A program made the translations under genes and the position numbers. Source: Kudoa neothunni (lineage: Eukaryota > Animalia > Cnidaria). Taken from it: a stretch of 64,000 nt of DNA. Shown here piece after piece: positions 13,931 to 27,352 of this stretch. The notes below the pieces were generated by a model. The model saw only the letters and a program-made list of their open reading frames with translations, was not told the origin of the DNA and searched no databases. Each line of letters starts with the position of its first letter. The stretch's first letter is position 1. The stretch spans positions 4,427,354 to 4,491,353 of the forward strand of contig OZ199838.1 in NCBI GenBank assembly GCA_964304625.1. The letters run 5' to 3'.

Positions 13931-14410
13931 TCTAAACCAAAATTCCCCTCTATTCTCTCTACATATATTGCCAATTTTCGCTTGGAGACAAAGGAAGTTA
14001 ACGTTCCTTCACTGGAAAAAGTCGACCTTTAGTCTATCAATCTCAGGAGATTAGAAATTTTGGATATTCATGTAAATATTCAAAACTTAGGTAAGTTGGA
14101 TAGCACTAATCTGAAGTTAAAATTTTACCTTATTCCTAGCCTCATTCCATAGGTTGTAAACTGTATAAACTATTACATCCTAATCGTTTGGGAGGAATTT
14201 CATTAATTTTACAAAACATTTAAAAGGTATCCTCTGGTGAGAATCGGTTTAAATTTCTACAACCATTGGCTCATGAATCTATCTATAATGGTAAGTTTTC
14301 TAAATAATAATTATAAATAGTAATAAAATCATAGAAGTTTATATTTATTTTTTTAGGATTATACATACATCGATTTACATTTTTTAAAAATACTGAAATA
14401 TATTTATGAT
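13931..14410 (+). pseudogene. Possible decayed spliced gene fragment of unknown identity
   Basis: Two strong GTAAGT...AG introns (14091-14152, 14291-14356). The spliced frame runs about 115 codons with only two internal stops. Confidence 0.35.
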
Positions 14411-15330
14411 ATTCACGTTTTCATGTATTGTGTACATGTATATTACATTTAATTTTTTATTGGTATTATTATTAGTTAAATGTGCAAACACTTAATTAAT
14501 GATAATGTTAGGTAAAAATGATTCTATATTTGAATATTATATTTAAAAACCAACTATAATAGGTTTACTGTAATGGTTGTGATTCAGTTATTTGTAGAAA
14601 ATACAATTTTTAATTTCGAGCTGTTACTATTAATTTTGAGTATAGCTTTAATAAAAACTCCTTTTTATGATAATGCCAAGAGTTTCGTGGAAATTATATT
14701 CGTAGAGAATCTTATAATTGATTAACGTATTAGAAACTTGCATTAATTTCTTTGAGACTTTATCAGAAAAATTTTTGTTGAGTATTTTCTCGTAGCTGTA
14801 TAGAATTATCTATATAAAATTATGTGTAAATATTTCCCAGAATAAAAATAATATATGCGACATTCAAAATTTTACTATTATTTAAAAAAGTAAGGACACA
14901 ACATTACGATTCATTGTAGTTTTAATCTTATGAACTAATTTCATGAATACGGACCCCTGATATTTAATAATCCCACATTTATTAACTTTAATACGCTATA
15001 AATGCTAAAATCCCATAATTAAAAATCTAAAAATTTAAATATTTTAAAGGAATATGATATGTCTAAATTTTACAAGAATGAATAGAAAAACAACCAAATA
15101 ATTATTTTCTGGCACATGCTTGATAGTGTAACAACATTAATTGGTTGATCAAGCTTTATAACGAAATATTTTGGCAAAAGAACATCTTGTTAAAACTCGC
15201 ATAATGACTAGCATTCGATAGAATAAATTACTACATCTGCGCAGTGTCTTTTAGTTCACTGCGCACCGACCGTGTATATTCATTAAACTCAACTTTTTCA
15301 TTTGATTCAACTCAAAATAGCAAATATCAA

Positions 15331-18300
15331 ATGAGTGTAGATAAAATCCAAAAATTTGTTTTTGGAAGCTGGGAATTGGAAACATGCAAGAAATCAATAG
15401 CTACAATTGACGAATATGAGCAGTAATTGATTTTTTCTGACAAGCGTACTTAAAATAAATAGAATTCAAAAAGGCGTTTCGATTCCCAGCATACCAGAGA
15501 TAATGTTTTCCAAAAATTATCTCCAATTAGTCAATAAAAAGCATGGTACTTTAAAATTATTATTGAATCCATTGGATGCACTGAAAGCTGTTAAAAATGA
15601 CCCAATCGATTTTAAAGTGGCCGCATCTGACAAATGGAATCAATTAAAGTAGATGCGCGCCTTATTATTTATGACTTGAATTAATCACTTTATTTGCATG
15701 AATTTAGAAATACAAAAGGATACAAAACATCTCAAAAATTTGATTGGACGTTTTATTCCGATTATTCTGGTACATTGAAAATTGGAGATGACGAAGATTG
15801 TTTCAGGGTGATTTAATTCAAAATATTTCTATATCTATCAACATAATTCAATCAAGGTTGTTCCCACAGACGAATCACTTGACATTGCACTATTGACTAA
15901 ACCATCCAAGATTTTATTCTTTGATTCAATTGATTTCTATGAGGATGAGCTTGGAGACCATGGAATGTCTTTTGTCAATGTTAGAGTGGTATTTAATTAA
16001 ATTAATGTGTTGATATCCAAATTATACCGTCATTTGATTAGAGATGTATGGATCATTCTATTTTTATATTGATGAGAAGCTTTGTAAGGATCGATAAGGT
16101 TGTGTTTAGAGTGTATGAAACTCGATTTCATCTTAAGGTGTTAACTATTACCGCCCAGAGCTAATTTCGGCACCTACACACTGTGCAGCAGCCCAAGCGT
16201 AACGTGTAATGATTTTTTGAATAAGATTATTGCACGAAGGTTTCCCGCGCTTTCGGATATCCCTCTTTCTTATATTTAGTTTTCTAAAATGCCTTAAGTT
16301 AATTAAAATAATCTTATAACTTAATTAATCTCTTTATTTTAACACGTGAGGATTAGCCTTATTTTCCCTTCTTGACTAAATATAATATACACATTTTACA
16401 TAGAGTGTTTACGTCGATTTTCGAAATTTGGGGCACGAGTTCTTAATATTACAACAATATTCACATTAAAAACAATCGCTATATAACGATTTTTAATTAT
16501 GGTGACTTCACAGTTACTTAACTTAAAGCATTTAAAATTTAAATATAACATGTTGGATTACTGACTGTTTTTAGCGTCCATTTTTATGGAATGTTTAATA
16601 CAAAATTTTAAAAAATAATGCCGTAGATTATCCTCAGTTCGAGTTCAGTAAATACGTGTTAAGATGTTTATTAAGAAAACAACCAACTTTTTTACCTTCA
16701 AATGCCTTTTTAAAAATTATTTCTTTTCGTCCTGGATTAACTCTACTATTCCTAAAGACGCGCACAACCTTCTAATTCTACCTTTTTATCATTATTTAAT
16801 AAAATGGATAATTGTCAGTCCTCGTAGCTCTAATACAATCGTATAATTAAAAAAAATATATCCCAAAAATAATAACCCTATTTGACAAAACTGTAGCGCA
16901 CATAAGAAAATGACTGTTACCAAAGACCCCTAACAATTAATCATAAAACATGAATGAATGTACATTAAAACTTCTGTTATTTGGAAATCGCGCTATCCAG
17001 GGGGTATTTTAAATTTTATTTGGATTTTATTGAAATTACTTGTCGATGAATGTTTGATTATACGGAAATCGCAACAACTAATTAATCATTACTACGGTCA
17101 AAATGCCACCCATCACCGTACGACATATACAATGTAGCATATATACCAATGCAATAATTAATACGAAAATGTTTCTAGGTTAATTATTAATAAATTTTTC
17201 TTTTAAAACTTAAGTCCCTATATTCTTACTTTATAGATATGTCAATATTTTTAATCTAAGTTGCGGAAAATAAGCTAATTTACTTAATAAATAATAAAAA
17301 TCGGTTACAAATCTAATAAACAATATTTTAAGTAGACATTTGATGAACCGGAGCCTCGCTATCCTTATTGTTAATCGTTAGTGCCAAATTTTCGGGATAA
17401 TCGAGGTTAGACTGCATATCAGGGTACGCAAACCCTAGCCCCTAATGAGCTTTTTTGTGGTCCGCGATGAACCCTAATTAAATTCAGGTTGATGGCATAT
17501 TTTTAGATGAAATGAAAAAAATCATTCGATTATTTAACTTCAGTTGGTTTATCGAGATATTGAATATACCGAGAACACCTAATGAAACCACTAAAAAAAT
17601 TTGTCAGAGTTTTTTATTATATGCGAGACATTAAGAATGAAACCTCAAAAAACTCTCTAAATCGACAAAAAGATTTATTGCTATTAGCCGCTTTATCGTG
17701 TGATACAGAAAAACGTTTTTTAATCGAAGTTCAAACAATGATTTGAATTGTTTCATGAGTGTGTATGTAGGAGGAGAAAATTTTATATGTACTGGGCTGA
17801 TTTATGATTTAAAAATTCACTTGACGATGCTGACCCGAAGTTTAAATTCAATTAAAATAAGGTTAATAATTAAAGTACGTTTTATAAACGATATGAAATA
17901 ATAAGGTATTTATATTGTGCATCAAAATCAAAGTTTTTGAAAATTTTCTATAAGAATAATAAGCAAATGTAAAATAAACTTTGATGCAAATGATAAACAT
18001 CCGCTAGAGTTGATAATGATCATATACTAATAATGGGAAATTTAAACTGCACTTCACATATGTGCGCACAACCATTTTACTCACCTAAGGTATATCTCAC
18101 ATTTAATTCGGCTTATTTTTATTTTATTTCCACACCAAAATGACCGAAATTCAAAAAAAGGTTTATGATGAGAATAGAATATTTAATAAACTTATTATTT
18201 TGGATATTGCGTTTCAAAATTCGTAAATTTATCCAAAGTATGAGCCATAACTTTAGTTTTAAACTTTCTGATCCCTGCCTGTCTCCAAAAGTTTGGGCAC

Positions 18301-19673
18301 CACTGCTGTATATGAATGCACATGCAAATTATTCAGTTAACTTTCTATTTTTACTTACACATACTAATTTATTTTTATTATCTACTATATATGAATATCT
18401 CTGAGAAATTTCTATTGTAATTATTTAAAATGCTAAAGGAAATACCTTATAAATTTGATTTAACTCTCGATTAGCTGAGGATAAAAGTTACACGAATACC
18501 TGGAAGTGACTACATGCAAAATTGTATTAAAATAATAAAAATCGTTGCACTTAAGATTAAGAACATCATTAATTACGTTATTTTTTGCATTTTTAATAAA
18601 TATAATAAAAATAAATCAATGATACATTTTTGTGACGTTTATTTGCGCAAATGCGAAGAACAGGTAAATTATGCCTGTATATACTTTGAATAGTGTGAAA
18701 ATTAGAAATGAACTGTTTTGTTATTGCTTTGTTTTCACATTTTCCTCTTATCATAATTTTAACAGTTAAGGTTTTGTTTTATTATCATAATCCATTATTT
18801 TATTACGAAATCTCTTCTCTTATTAACACAAATATGTTGTATATATAAATTGAAATTTAGCATTTAAATTAATTTATGAATAAGAAATATATAGTCTAAG
18901 AATTTTCAGATTTTGAATTTTTGAGCTTCGATAAGATGGTCTAAATTAAACATTAAACAACTATACTTAACTTACTACTTTTTATTGATATGTAATTTAA
19001 CAAAATTATTATAATAAGCGCGATTCACTTGGCAGATTAAATTAGTTAACAGAATTAAGTTGTTGTAGAAACAAAAAGTGAATTTAAAAAAATCCCCTGC
19101 TTTAAAATACATTTATGATTTTATTTAACTGCAGAAAATCTTTTTTTATACATTTTAACTATCTAAACGTTATTATTTATATGGTGGGCATGTTCTTGAA
19201 TGTGTGGAACTTTTTTTATTTTAAGCGAAAAAAAATAAATGTAAACTCCATTATTTATGTATTTTTAAAGCATCATTATATTATAAAATACACGTAGCAG
19301 GAAAAGGTAATAAAATATTTTGTAAAAGTTTTTATATAATAAGCGCTGATTGGCCACCTCCAGGTATTCAAGGGTTAATCTCCTCGAACAATTTTTGTGT
19401 TATTAGATACCAACATAAATAATACACTGCTGCTGTATTGTGTATAAGTTAAAATTTATCAATTGTTAATAATGTATACTAATTGTTAGAACGATTGTGA
19501 TTATATTTACAAGCAATGTGTGGAAAAGTACAGTCCAATGTTCGAAACAAAAGTAATTGTATAAGACCGATACATTTTTTATTTTATTATAGAGTAAACA
19601 GGACGATTGGGACGGTGTATGTAACGAAATTCCAACAATATCAACAAGAGCTTATAAGTTATATTACAAATAG
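15331..19673 (+). CDS. TIPRL: TIP41-like protein (PP2A regulator), multi-exon, with a 3.35 kb TE-filled intron (16138-19489)
   Basis: Spliced motifs IPEIMFSKNYL, NPLDALKAV, KVAASDKW, FDWTFYSDYSGTL, FYEDELGDHGMS and RCM...FVRIDKVVFRVYETR match the TIP41 family. The last exons read NDCDYIYKQCVEKYS (from 19490) and ..AYKLYYK-TAG (19673). Confidence 0.88.
16963..17414. mobile_element. pogo/Tc1-type MITE in the TIPRL intron
   Basis: Right end GGATAATCGAGGTTAGACTG. 17350-17414 is repeated at 52111-52175. The left TIR is degenerate (TA|CATTAAAACTTCTGTTATTTGG). Confidence 0.55.
17420..18305. mobile_element. hAT-type MITE in the TIPRL intron
   Basis: TIRs CAGGGTACGCAAAC / GTTTGGGCACCACTG. The 8-bp TSD is CTGCATAT (17412-17419) / CTGTATAT (18306-18313). 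A second partial copy lies at 1123. Confidence 0.8.
18491..19374. mobile_element. piggyBac-type MITE in the TIPRL intron
   Basis: Right end CCACCTCCAGGTATTCAAGGG|TTAA. The matching degenerate left end is ..GAATACCTGGAAGTG near 18494. Confidence 0.6.
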
Positions 19674-19741
19674 AAAAAATTATATGAATTTATGGTTTTT
19701 CGTTTGTTTTTTTTACAAAAACAGGATCCATTGACAATCGA

Positions 19742-22191
19742 TTACATTGACTGATTTGTAGTGTTGTCATGATCGAACGAGAGGGAAGTATTAGGTAGAT
19801 AGCCGGTGGAATTTTTGTTCTTGTCATTGCTGTTGTTGCCACCAGTGGGTTTGGCGCTACTTGTTGAACTGAGGGGGTTCCTGTTTGCAAATATTTCAAG
19901 GTTGAGTGATCGTTCGATCATATGTGAGCAAAACGTATCATAATCTTTGACTTGCGAACAAGGGTTGGCAAGTGGAGGCAGAAAATCGGTTGGGTTAGGG
20001 TGTCGCGCTGAAACTATATCCGTAGTTTTTTTGAATTCGCGCAACTTCGAGGTTTCCAGAAGGATTGTTTGATATACGTATTGAGCATCCTTGTGTTTTC
20101 CAACATGATCCAACAGAAATGCGAACAACTTTTGATTGGTTATAGTACCCCGATCAATGCCATTGGCAAGTTGACCAAAACGGTACGACTCTTCCATCAT
20201 ATCAGCTTTGAAAAAACAATAGCTGAGGTTGTGTAAAAGTGTGGTGTATGTTTTGGATTGACCTTTTTGTATTATACAGTCGAGAAGTTTGGATTCGTCA
20301 AAGAATGAAATATCGAGAGAACTGAGCAGCACGTTGATAGCCATTTTATAGTTTCCCTAAAGTGCACATTAATGTAGTTATTAGTAAACATACTCGAAAA
20401 ATTCATGTGGTACAATAATAGGAATAGTTAATAATTGAGGATTTCTCACCTTTTTCGCAATAGTGCAACCGATCTCATTGGCCATATAAGGAGGCACGCC
20501 AGTGAGATGTTTCTTTGCAATACGATAAGCCTTTAGGTAGTAGGTTAGGGCGAGCGACAACTCATCGGTTTCAGCATGCAGAGCACCAATAAAAAACCAA
20601 GTGTTATAGTTTCCGGGGCTGATATCAGCGGCAGAATTAAACGAAGCCAGAGCGTGCTCTCTGTCACCTGCCAACCAAGCGGCATGTCCCAGGATCATCC
20701 ACAATGTGGCTTGAGAAAGTAACCAGGGACTGCCTCGAAGTGCTGCCACAGCGGACAATTTCACTGCAATATGCAAATTGTGTTGAGATTGTGGAGTTCT
20801 ACCGATACCTAGATCTCTTATACTGCAAATTATCTACAATAACCACCAGTCACATAATAACCAACTATCACTCAATAAATACTCTGTATATGATTTGTTT
20901 GCTGATAGATATATTGGAATCTGCTGCCATGGTGTCGGCCAAGACTTTCAAATCAACCATTTTACAGGATTTAAAAAGGGTTAACGCATGCAACACACAA
21001 GCAAATGGATCGTCCACATTGGTTCTATTGAGGATTTCCTGAGTGAGACTGAGTGAAGCTGTTGAAAAATCAGCACTAATGAAATAATTAGCTTTCCAAC
21101 GTGTAACATCCAAACTGTTGTTGAAGCGTTGCATAACAAACTTTACAAGACGTCTTAAACTTTCAGGCCAATTCTATCACACATAAGAATATGCGAAAAA
21201 CAATTATTTTACATTTTTGTTGTCGCCTGATTTTTTCTCTGAACGTGAAACATAAACAGATGTTGTTGTTGTTTCTTTGACAAATGGTGAATATAACCCA
21301 GAGGAAATCAAATAAAGCGCAACAGCAATCTTGGAAAATGCATCATTCGAATTCTCAGCAATACCGTGGCATTCGGTGATGAAAGTTTTGATCTAGATTG
21401 GAGTGAACCTCCCAAAATTCCATCAATAACTACTTCGCTGGGGGAGATCATCTTATTTTCAAAAAGTTTCCTTGCCGAAGTATAATGATGAATATCTTTG
21501 GTGAGAGATGTGACGAAATAATTAGGTGCATTGTTGTCACCGGTAAACTCAAGAATGGTTGCCTTCAATCTTGCTGCGGATGCACTCAATAGATATTCAT
21601 CAACAAATCCCATCGATGAATCATCCACTTTAGCTCATTTAATACTATACTATACAAAATATTCTCATTACTTTTGAATGGACTAGCTTTTTTGTTTTGA
21701 GCCAAAAGTTGACTTTTCGCCATTGAACTCTCCTTCAGTACTGTTTCATCTTTGAGCTTCTGAACTGACTGTATCGGGATAATATCATGCAACAGTTCTA
21801 ACGCTCTAGCGCATTGTCCAATGTTGGAATGACACTTGGCGGCAAAATATCTGACCCATAATGGAGCGTTCGTTAGTGGATCCTTCATTTTCGTGCCAAA
21901 TTTGGCCTGTGAAAATTTATCTTCAATAATTTGAAGCACATGTCGAAATCGTCGTCCTGAAATCAAACTTTGAAGAAAATTATACAAATCAACATTTTCA
22001 TTGGTCAACAAATAGAGCTAAAAATCACTCAATCTATTATTAATTGATAACGTCGGAGCTACTTTTTCACTCCAAAACACCGCATTCTCATAATCTTGAT
22101 CAACAAGATAATACATAATTCGCTGTCTTACACCAGCAACATCATCACAGCCTATGGGAATATCCTGAGAACCTCTTTTCAAACGTGACAT
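19742..22191 (-). CDS. CDC16: Anaphase-promoting complex subunit 6 (Cdc16/Cut9), divergent TPR protein, multi-exon
   Basis: N-terminal VRQRIMYYLVDQDYENAVFWSEK matches the Cdc16 start, followed by RYFAAKCH. TPRs include WMILGHAAWLAGDREHALASFNSAA, FFIGALH, PYMANEIG and LLHNLSYCFFK. Chained ORFs are joined by short GT-AG introns. The start codon is inferred. Confidence 0.8.
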
Positions 22192-22745
22192 AATAGTTCC
22201 ACAACCAGCTAACACGAAGGAAACAAGACAAAATACTGATTTGAACCACTAACTGACTCTCGTTAATTTTCGTAAATTAACATGAGCCGCCTCTTCTAGG
22301 TAACTATTCTTGGGACACAACAAACATTCTACATTTAGCCTTTTATTTTGATTGTTGTTATTTATTAACATTCAATAGGCTTGAAATTCAAGCATTGACT
22401 ATCAACCCTTATAACAATACTTAATGTTCCTACACAACCTAAAACACAAGAGGTGTGTTGATAGATTAGTTTGATAGTTTCGTTCTTTTTGAAGAACGAA
22501 CATTTTAAAATCATTAATCTAAATTTAACCTACCAAATTACTTTTATGACATAATTATGATGTGTTTACGACAATAAATTGAATATGGATGGTGAAATTT
22601 AGTTGTTCACAAACTGCACTTTCAATTTATAAACTCTTTTTTCTGCCTTACTACAAATAAATATGTGTGAGTAATTTTGTTATTGGATTTTTTAATTATT
22701 TTAATTACTTAATAAATCAATCAATTCTTTTTTAATGTAAATTAA

Positions 22746-25723
22746 CCCTCCAACGAATTTGGGGGTTAAAATAACCCCATGCTTTTTTTTCCATAAATTA
22801 ATTGTAAAATTTGTTATGAGCTAATTCGGAAGTTTTTAGAAAATTCTATGATAAAAATTCCGAGAAAAATGGAAACCACTTCGCCATTTAATCCGATTCG
22901 AATGGGTTCGCCTCACTTCGAGGCGCATCGCTTATTAAGGAATACCGTGGGTGACGGGTGGTTCGTAATTTCTAGGATTGCGCGTGCGATATTACGGAGG
23001 GATAAATGCTATAAGTCAACTATAATGATAAATTATTTTGAAGGAAATTACTCAGTTATAGTAATATTTTTAAGTTTCCTGACAATTATATTGTATACTT
23101 CTCGGTCAATATCCGTTTGATGTTTATAATTATTTCAGCCTTGATATTTCAAATAATGTCTTAAATCGGACAAATGAGACAAACAATTTAGAACGGAATA
23201 ATTTTTAGTGCACTATAGTCATATTTACGTATCTTATCATCTCGGTGACAGTTACCATCACTTATAAAATCATTAATATTGGCGTCGTTTTCAATATTGT
23301 TTTCATCCCATACCTTCGCTAGTTTTTGACAACCTTTATTATTTCATATTTCTCTTTTAAGGCCCTAACTCAATTTTTATTTCTGCCCTCCATTTCGCCA
23401 CTAATCGAAAACGCAAATCTCAACGTATCTGAAAAGTTACAAACCTCACGTCACTACAAAATAATCCATTAAAACATAATTAATTTAAAAATATTTTATT
23501 TATATTCCTAACGATCAATTAAATGTTTTTAAATAGCTTGAGAAATAAATAACTTATTATAATCTTATATGTACGTTAATTTTGTAACATTTTATCAAAT
23601 TACGAACCACACGTCAGCCACAGGATGAAGCGTCCGCATAAATCGGCAAAAAAACATTCTTCAAATTTAACTCAAAATAATTAATCTAATTTTAACAATT
23701 AAACCATTTTTTAGCTGCATGGATTGAACAGAAAACAATCTGGAATTTTAAACAACGATTTCCTATTCTTTTGACGAAGACAAAATGCACAGCGTTCCTG
23801 TTTGGATTTTATAGGGGGTTCAGCAGTTGTCTGGATGTATGCTGGATGAGATCTTTTGACAGATTTGTTGGTGCGAGGATTTTTAAGTATTACTGGTTGA
23901 TACAATGCTTCTGCTGTATCTTTCAAAAAGGTTCGGCGTAGTTTAACATTATCATTGAATATATTTTTGTATAACACAAAACCATCTACTAATGATATAT
24001 CAATAATATTGCAAAATACGGTCATCGGCCATCATCTATTAAATCTTCTTGTAGAAACAGACGAAAAAATTCTATCGGTTGTATCTAGGCCACCCTTAAT
24101 TTTGTTGTACCATAGAATTGTATTTATCTTTTATTCTCCGTTTCTTCGAAAATCTTTACATTTGATGCACTTGTAGACAACAGAATAACACAGTTTCCTC
24201 TTTTGTTAACGTAAGACATTAACAAATTTTGTTTGAAGAAGGCAAATGTGCTGCTATATAGCTCTCTTTGTTTTGAGGGAAGAACACATCGAGGAAGATC
24301 TCTTTTATTATGATAAATGGTTCCTATGTAAGTTAATTTTTTTCAAACAACTTGATTGCAAGTTTCATCGATGAAAAGTTGTCAGAAATAATTGTTCTTC
24401 CTGAATGAAACAACGGCTTCGTTAGAGATAAGACAATGCTCTCATCAACATTGAGGATCTGGTTTGTTTCGTCTCCATTTCTTCCAAGATACGGAGAGAT
24501 GTTTACCACATATTTGCTTAAAGGATATGCCAAAATGAAAAACTTCAAACCATATTTGGCTGGTTTCAATGGCATATACTGCCTAAATGGACATCTCCCT
24601 TTGAACGGTACCAACTATTCATCAACAGTGGCATCTTCATCAGGTGAAAAATACAATGGAGGTATTTCCATCCACATATTCCAAAGTTGACGAATTGGAA
24701 AAAATTTATCTTTCACTCTTCTTTAAAGTCGAGTAGATAAATCATTAAAGTGTAAACTTCTTAGTATTTGTCTATATCGATTATAGGAGAATAGTTGGCG
24801 ATATATTTCTCTGCCTTCCGTTAGATTAAAAAGTTCATGCAGAGGCTCTTCCCTATCTTTATGTAAACCCATCACAATGAGAGTTCCCAAGAATCCGTTT
24901 AGCTCTAATTCATTTAGATCAATCCATGAGTCTTTAAATTGATCTTTTACAAATGAATTTGTATGCTTCATCACTTCATGGCATATTGCATTGGTAAAGA
25001 GTATATGAAAGCAATCCAAAATATTTTTAATTCATTGTATTGCATACGACTAGGTCTAGAATGAGAATTCATCATATTACAAAGAGAAAGTCTTGACGTA
25101 TGGAGTTTTTTCAATGACCACACAGTTCCATTTTTAGTAGTTGAATCATCTCCAACAAATTCGCTTTCCGATATTTCGAATAAAAATCATCCAACTCGCT
25201 ACCTTTGATATTATTTCTTTCTCTGAGTCACCATAGCTGCTCATTTTATTTTAATTGTTTAAAAAATAACACGTGAGATATTTCAAATGAAATAAAACAA
25301 TTGTTTTGATACTAAAGCAATCAGACTCGAAGGAGAAGTCAACAGAGTTAAAAATTTAATAACATTAATTATACATCGGTTTTAAGTATTTAGGAGAAAT
25401 AGATTGGGTTTAAACCTATTATCCTACAACTAACAAACGTAAACACAGATATGATCGTGGACGATTTCACCGAAACATCGCCGAAGCTTTATGACATAGG
25501 CTAAATGTTGGAATGATTTCCATTTTTCTCGGAATTTTTACCATAGAATTTTCTAAAAACTTCCATATGATCTCATAACAATTTTTACAATTAACTTATT
25601 AAAAAAAGTTTGGAGTTAATTTAGCCCCAAAATTTGTTGGAGGATGGATTTTTTTCGGAAAGAATTATTCATGTAATCACTTTTAAATTTTAATATATGA
25701 AACTAGAAAGAAATTTAGGAGGG
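22746..25723 (-). mobile_element. Near full-length piggyBac transposon, inactivated
   Basis: Left end TTAA|CCCTCC and right end GGAGGG|TAA. Subterminal inverted repeats are about 135 bp (22746-22880 vs 25510-25643). An internal transposase is present. Confidence 0.88.
23620..25244 (-). pseudogene. piggyBac (PGBD4-like) DDD transposase, disrupted by stops and frameshifts
   Basis: Motifs include FLGTLIVMG, FSYNRYRQILRSLHFND, TVDE*LVPFKGRCPFRQYMPLKPAKYGLKF, IISDNF, RWPMTVF and a Cys-rich C-terminal RCAFC. Confidence 0.9.
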
Positions 25724-25824
25724 TAACTGGAGTTTTAAATTTACTGATAGTGTGAGGAAGATTTTATAGTCGGATTAAAAGTGTTTGGGTGTGTAATACA
25801 CGACATGGCCACTACTCGTCGAAC

Positions 25825-26371
25825 CAGGGCTGCCAGCAGGATTTTAGAAAAAACCCAAGGTCGAGAAAAACGCTAGCCTAAAGTACAACAAAAAATATAA
25901 TCATCTCTATTAAAGTTTTTAATCATCTTCTGAGTTGTCAAATACGTCTACAGATATTAAATTTAAATTTATCATCGTATTATTGCAATTTATTGGCGCG
26001 AACACTCATTCAAACTTAATATCTAGTGTAGATCAATATGCTCACAATGAATTAATTAATTCATAGTTCAAGACATATTTTGAAATAACGTTATATTTTC
26101 TAATAATGTGCGACAATATTAACTGAGCAATGGTGCGATCGTGTCACGTTAAACAATCTATTGTACTGTCGTTCGATATCGTAAATGTTTAAACCCTGCA
26201 TGATATAATCTGAGTAGGATACGTTATTAAAAATATAAATATTAATGTCGCGCATAATAAAATTTGTGTTATTATTCAATGTTTACAGGTTTTCAATAAA
26301 AACCCAAGATTTTAAAGAAAAATGAAAAAACCCCAAGATCTTGGGGAAAAGTCCAAGCGGTGGACGCCCTG
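25825..26371. mobile_element. hAT-type MITE (547 bp)
   Basis: Perfect 8-bp TSD CGTCGAAC (25817-25824, 26372-26379). TIRs CAGGGCTGCCA / TGGACGCCCTG. Subterminal AAAACCCAAG repeats. Confidence 0.92.
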
Positions 26372-27352
26372 CGTCGAACCTCCATTGCGCATGTACATCA
26401 AACTCATAAAAAGCTGTTTTAGCGTATTCGGTTTGTCATATTTCATATTAAGAATGCGATTACTTTTTATTTTTAAATGATATTTTGCTTTTTTAATGGA
26501 AGATCAAAAACACAACAATGTTTTATCTTCATGAGAACACAGATAGGAGGGAATAAATTCATGTGTAATGATTATTTTTATGTAATGACCACAAATCTAT
26601 TTCAAATAAATATTGGACATCTTATCATTTAATATCATAACACGTTGTTACGTTTTATGATATTAAATGGATCTATTATTAACGGTATAGTTAAAAAGTC
26701 TGATGTAACTAAATAATATTTATCTAGCAGGGTCTACTAAAATGTAACTTAAAATATTTTTCTCAACAAAACGCATAAAATTTCAGTAAATACCATTGTA
26801 AAAAGAAAATATACAATTAATACCATAAAACAACGACAAATATTTTTCTAAATTTTATCTGGAATCAATATCTAAAAAATACGATTAAAAATTACGATAA
26901 TTTCAAATTATAATGTTATTTTGCTATGAAACTGGCTTTTACTATAATTTTTCCACATGCTCAGTGGCTTGGGGCCGAGCGACAATACACCCCGAATTCG
27001 TTCGAGGGTTTAAAATAATATTGAGAGAATGCAATATTATTTTACATCTGAAGCAAAAATATCTTAAATATAAGAAATAATTAAACTTAATTATCAATAC
27101 AAGCAGGAGAACAAAAATGGGGAGTTAAGGGATTAAGAAACAGCGTAGTAAGCCAGCAAAAAAACAAGAAATAAAACGAAATGCACACAGAGATATGGTA
27201 ATAAAATAAAGCACATTTTATACAGCATAAACAGAACCGATGAATATGGTTAGATATACAGAGAAGAAATAGTAGTGTTGGACAACAACTTCAAGAAAAC
27301 TAAAGACATATTGGATAAGTTGGGAGTTGGAGAGACTAACTTAAGATGGCAT

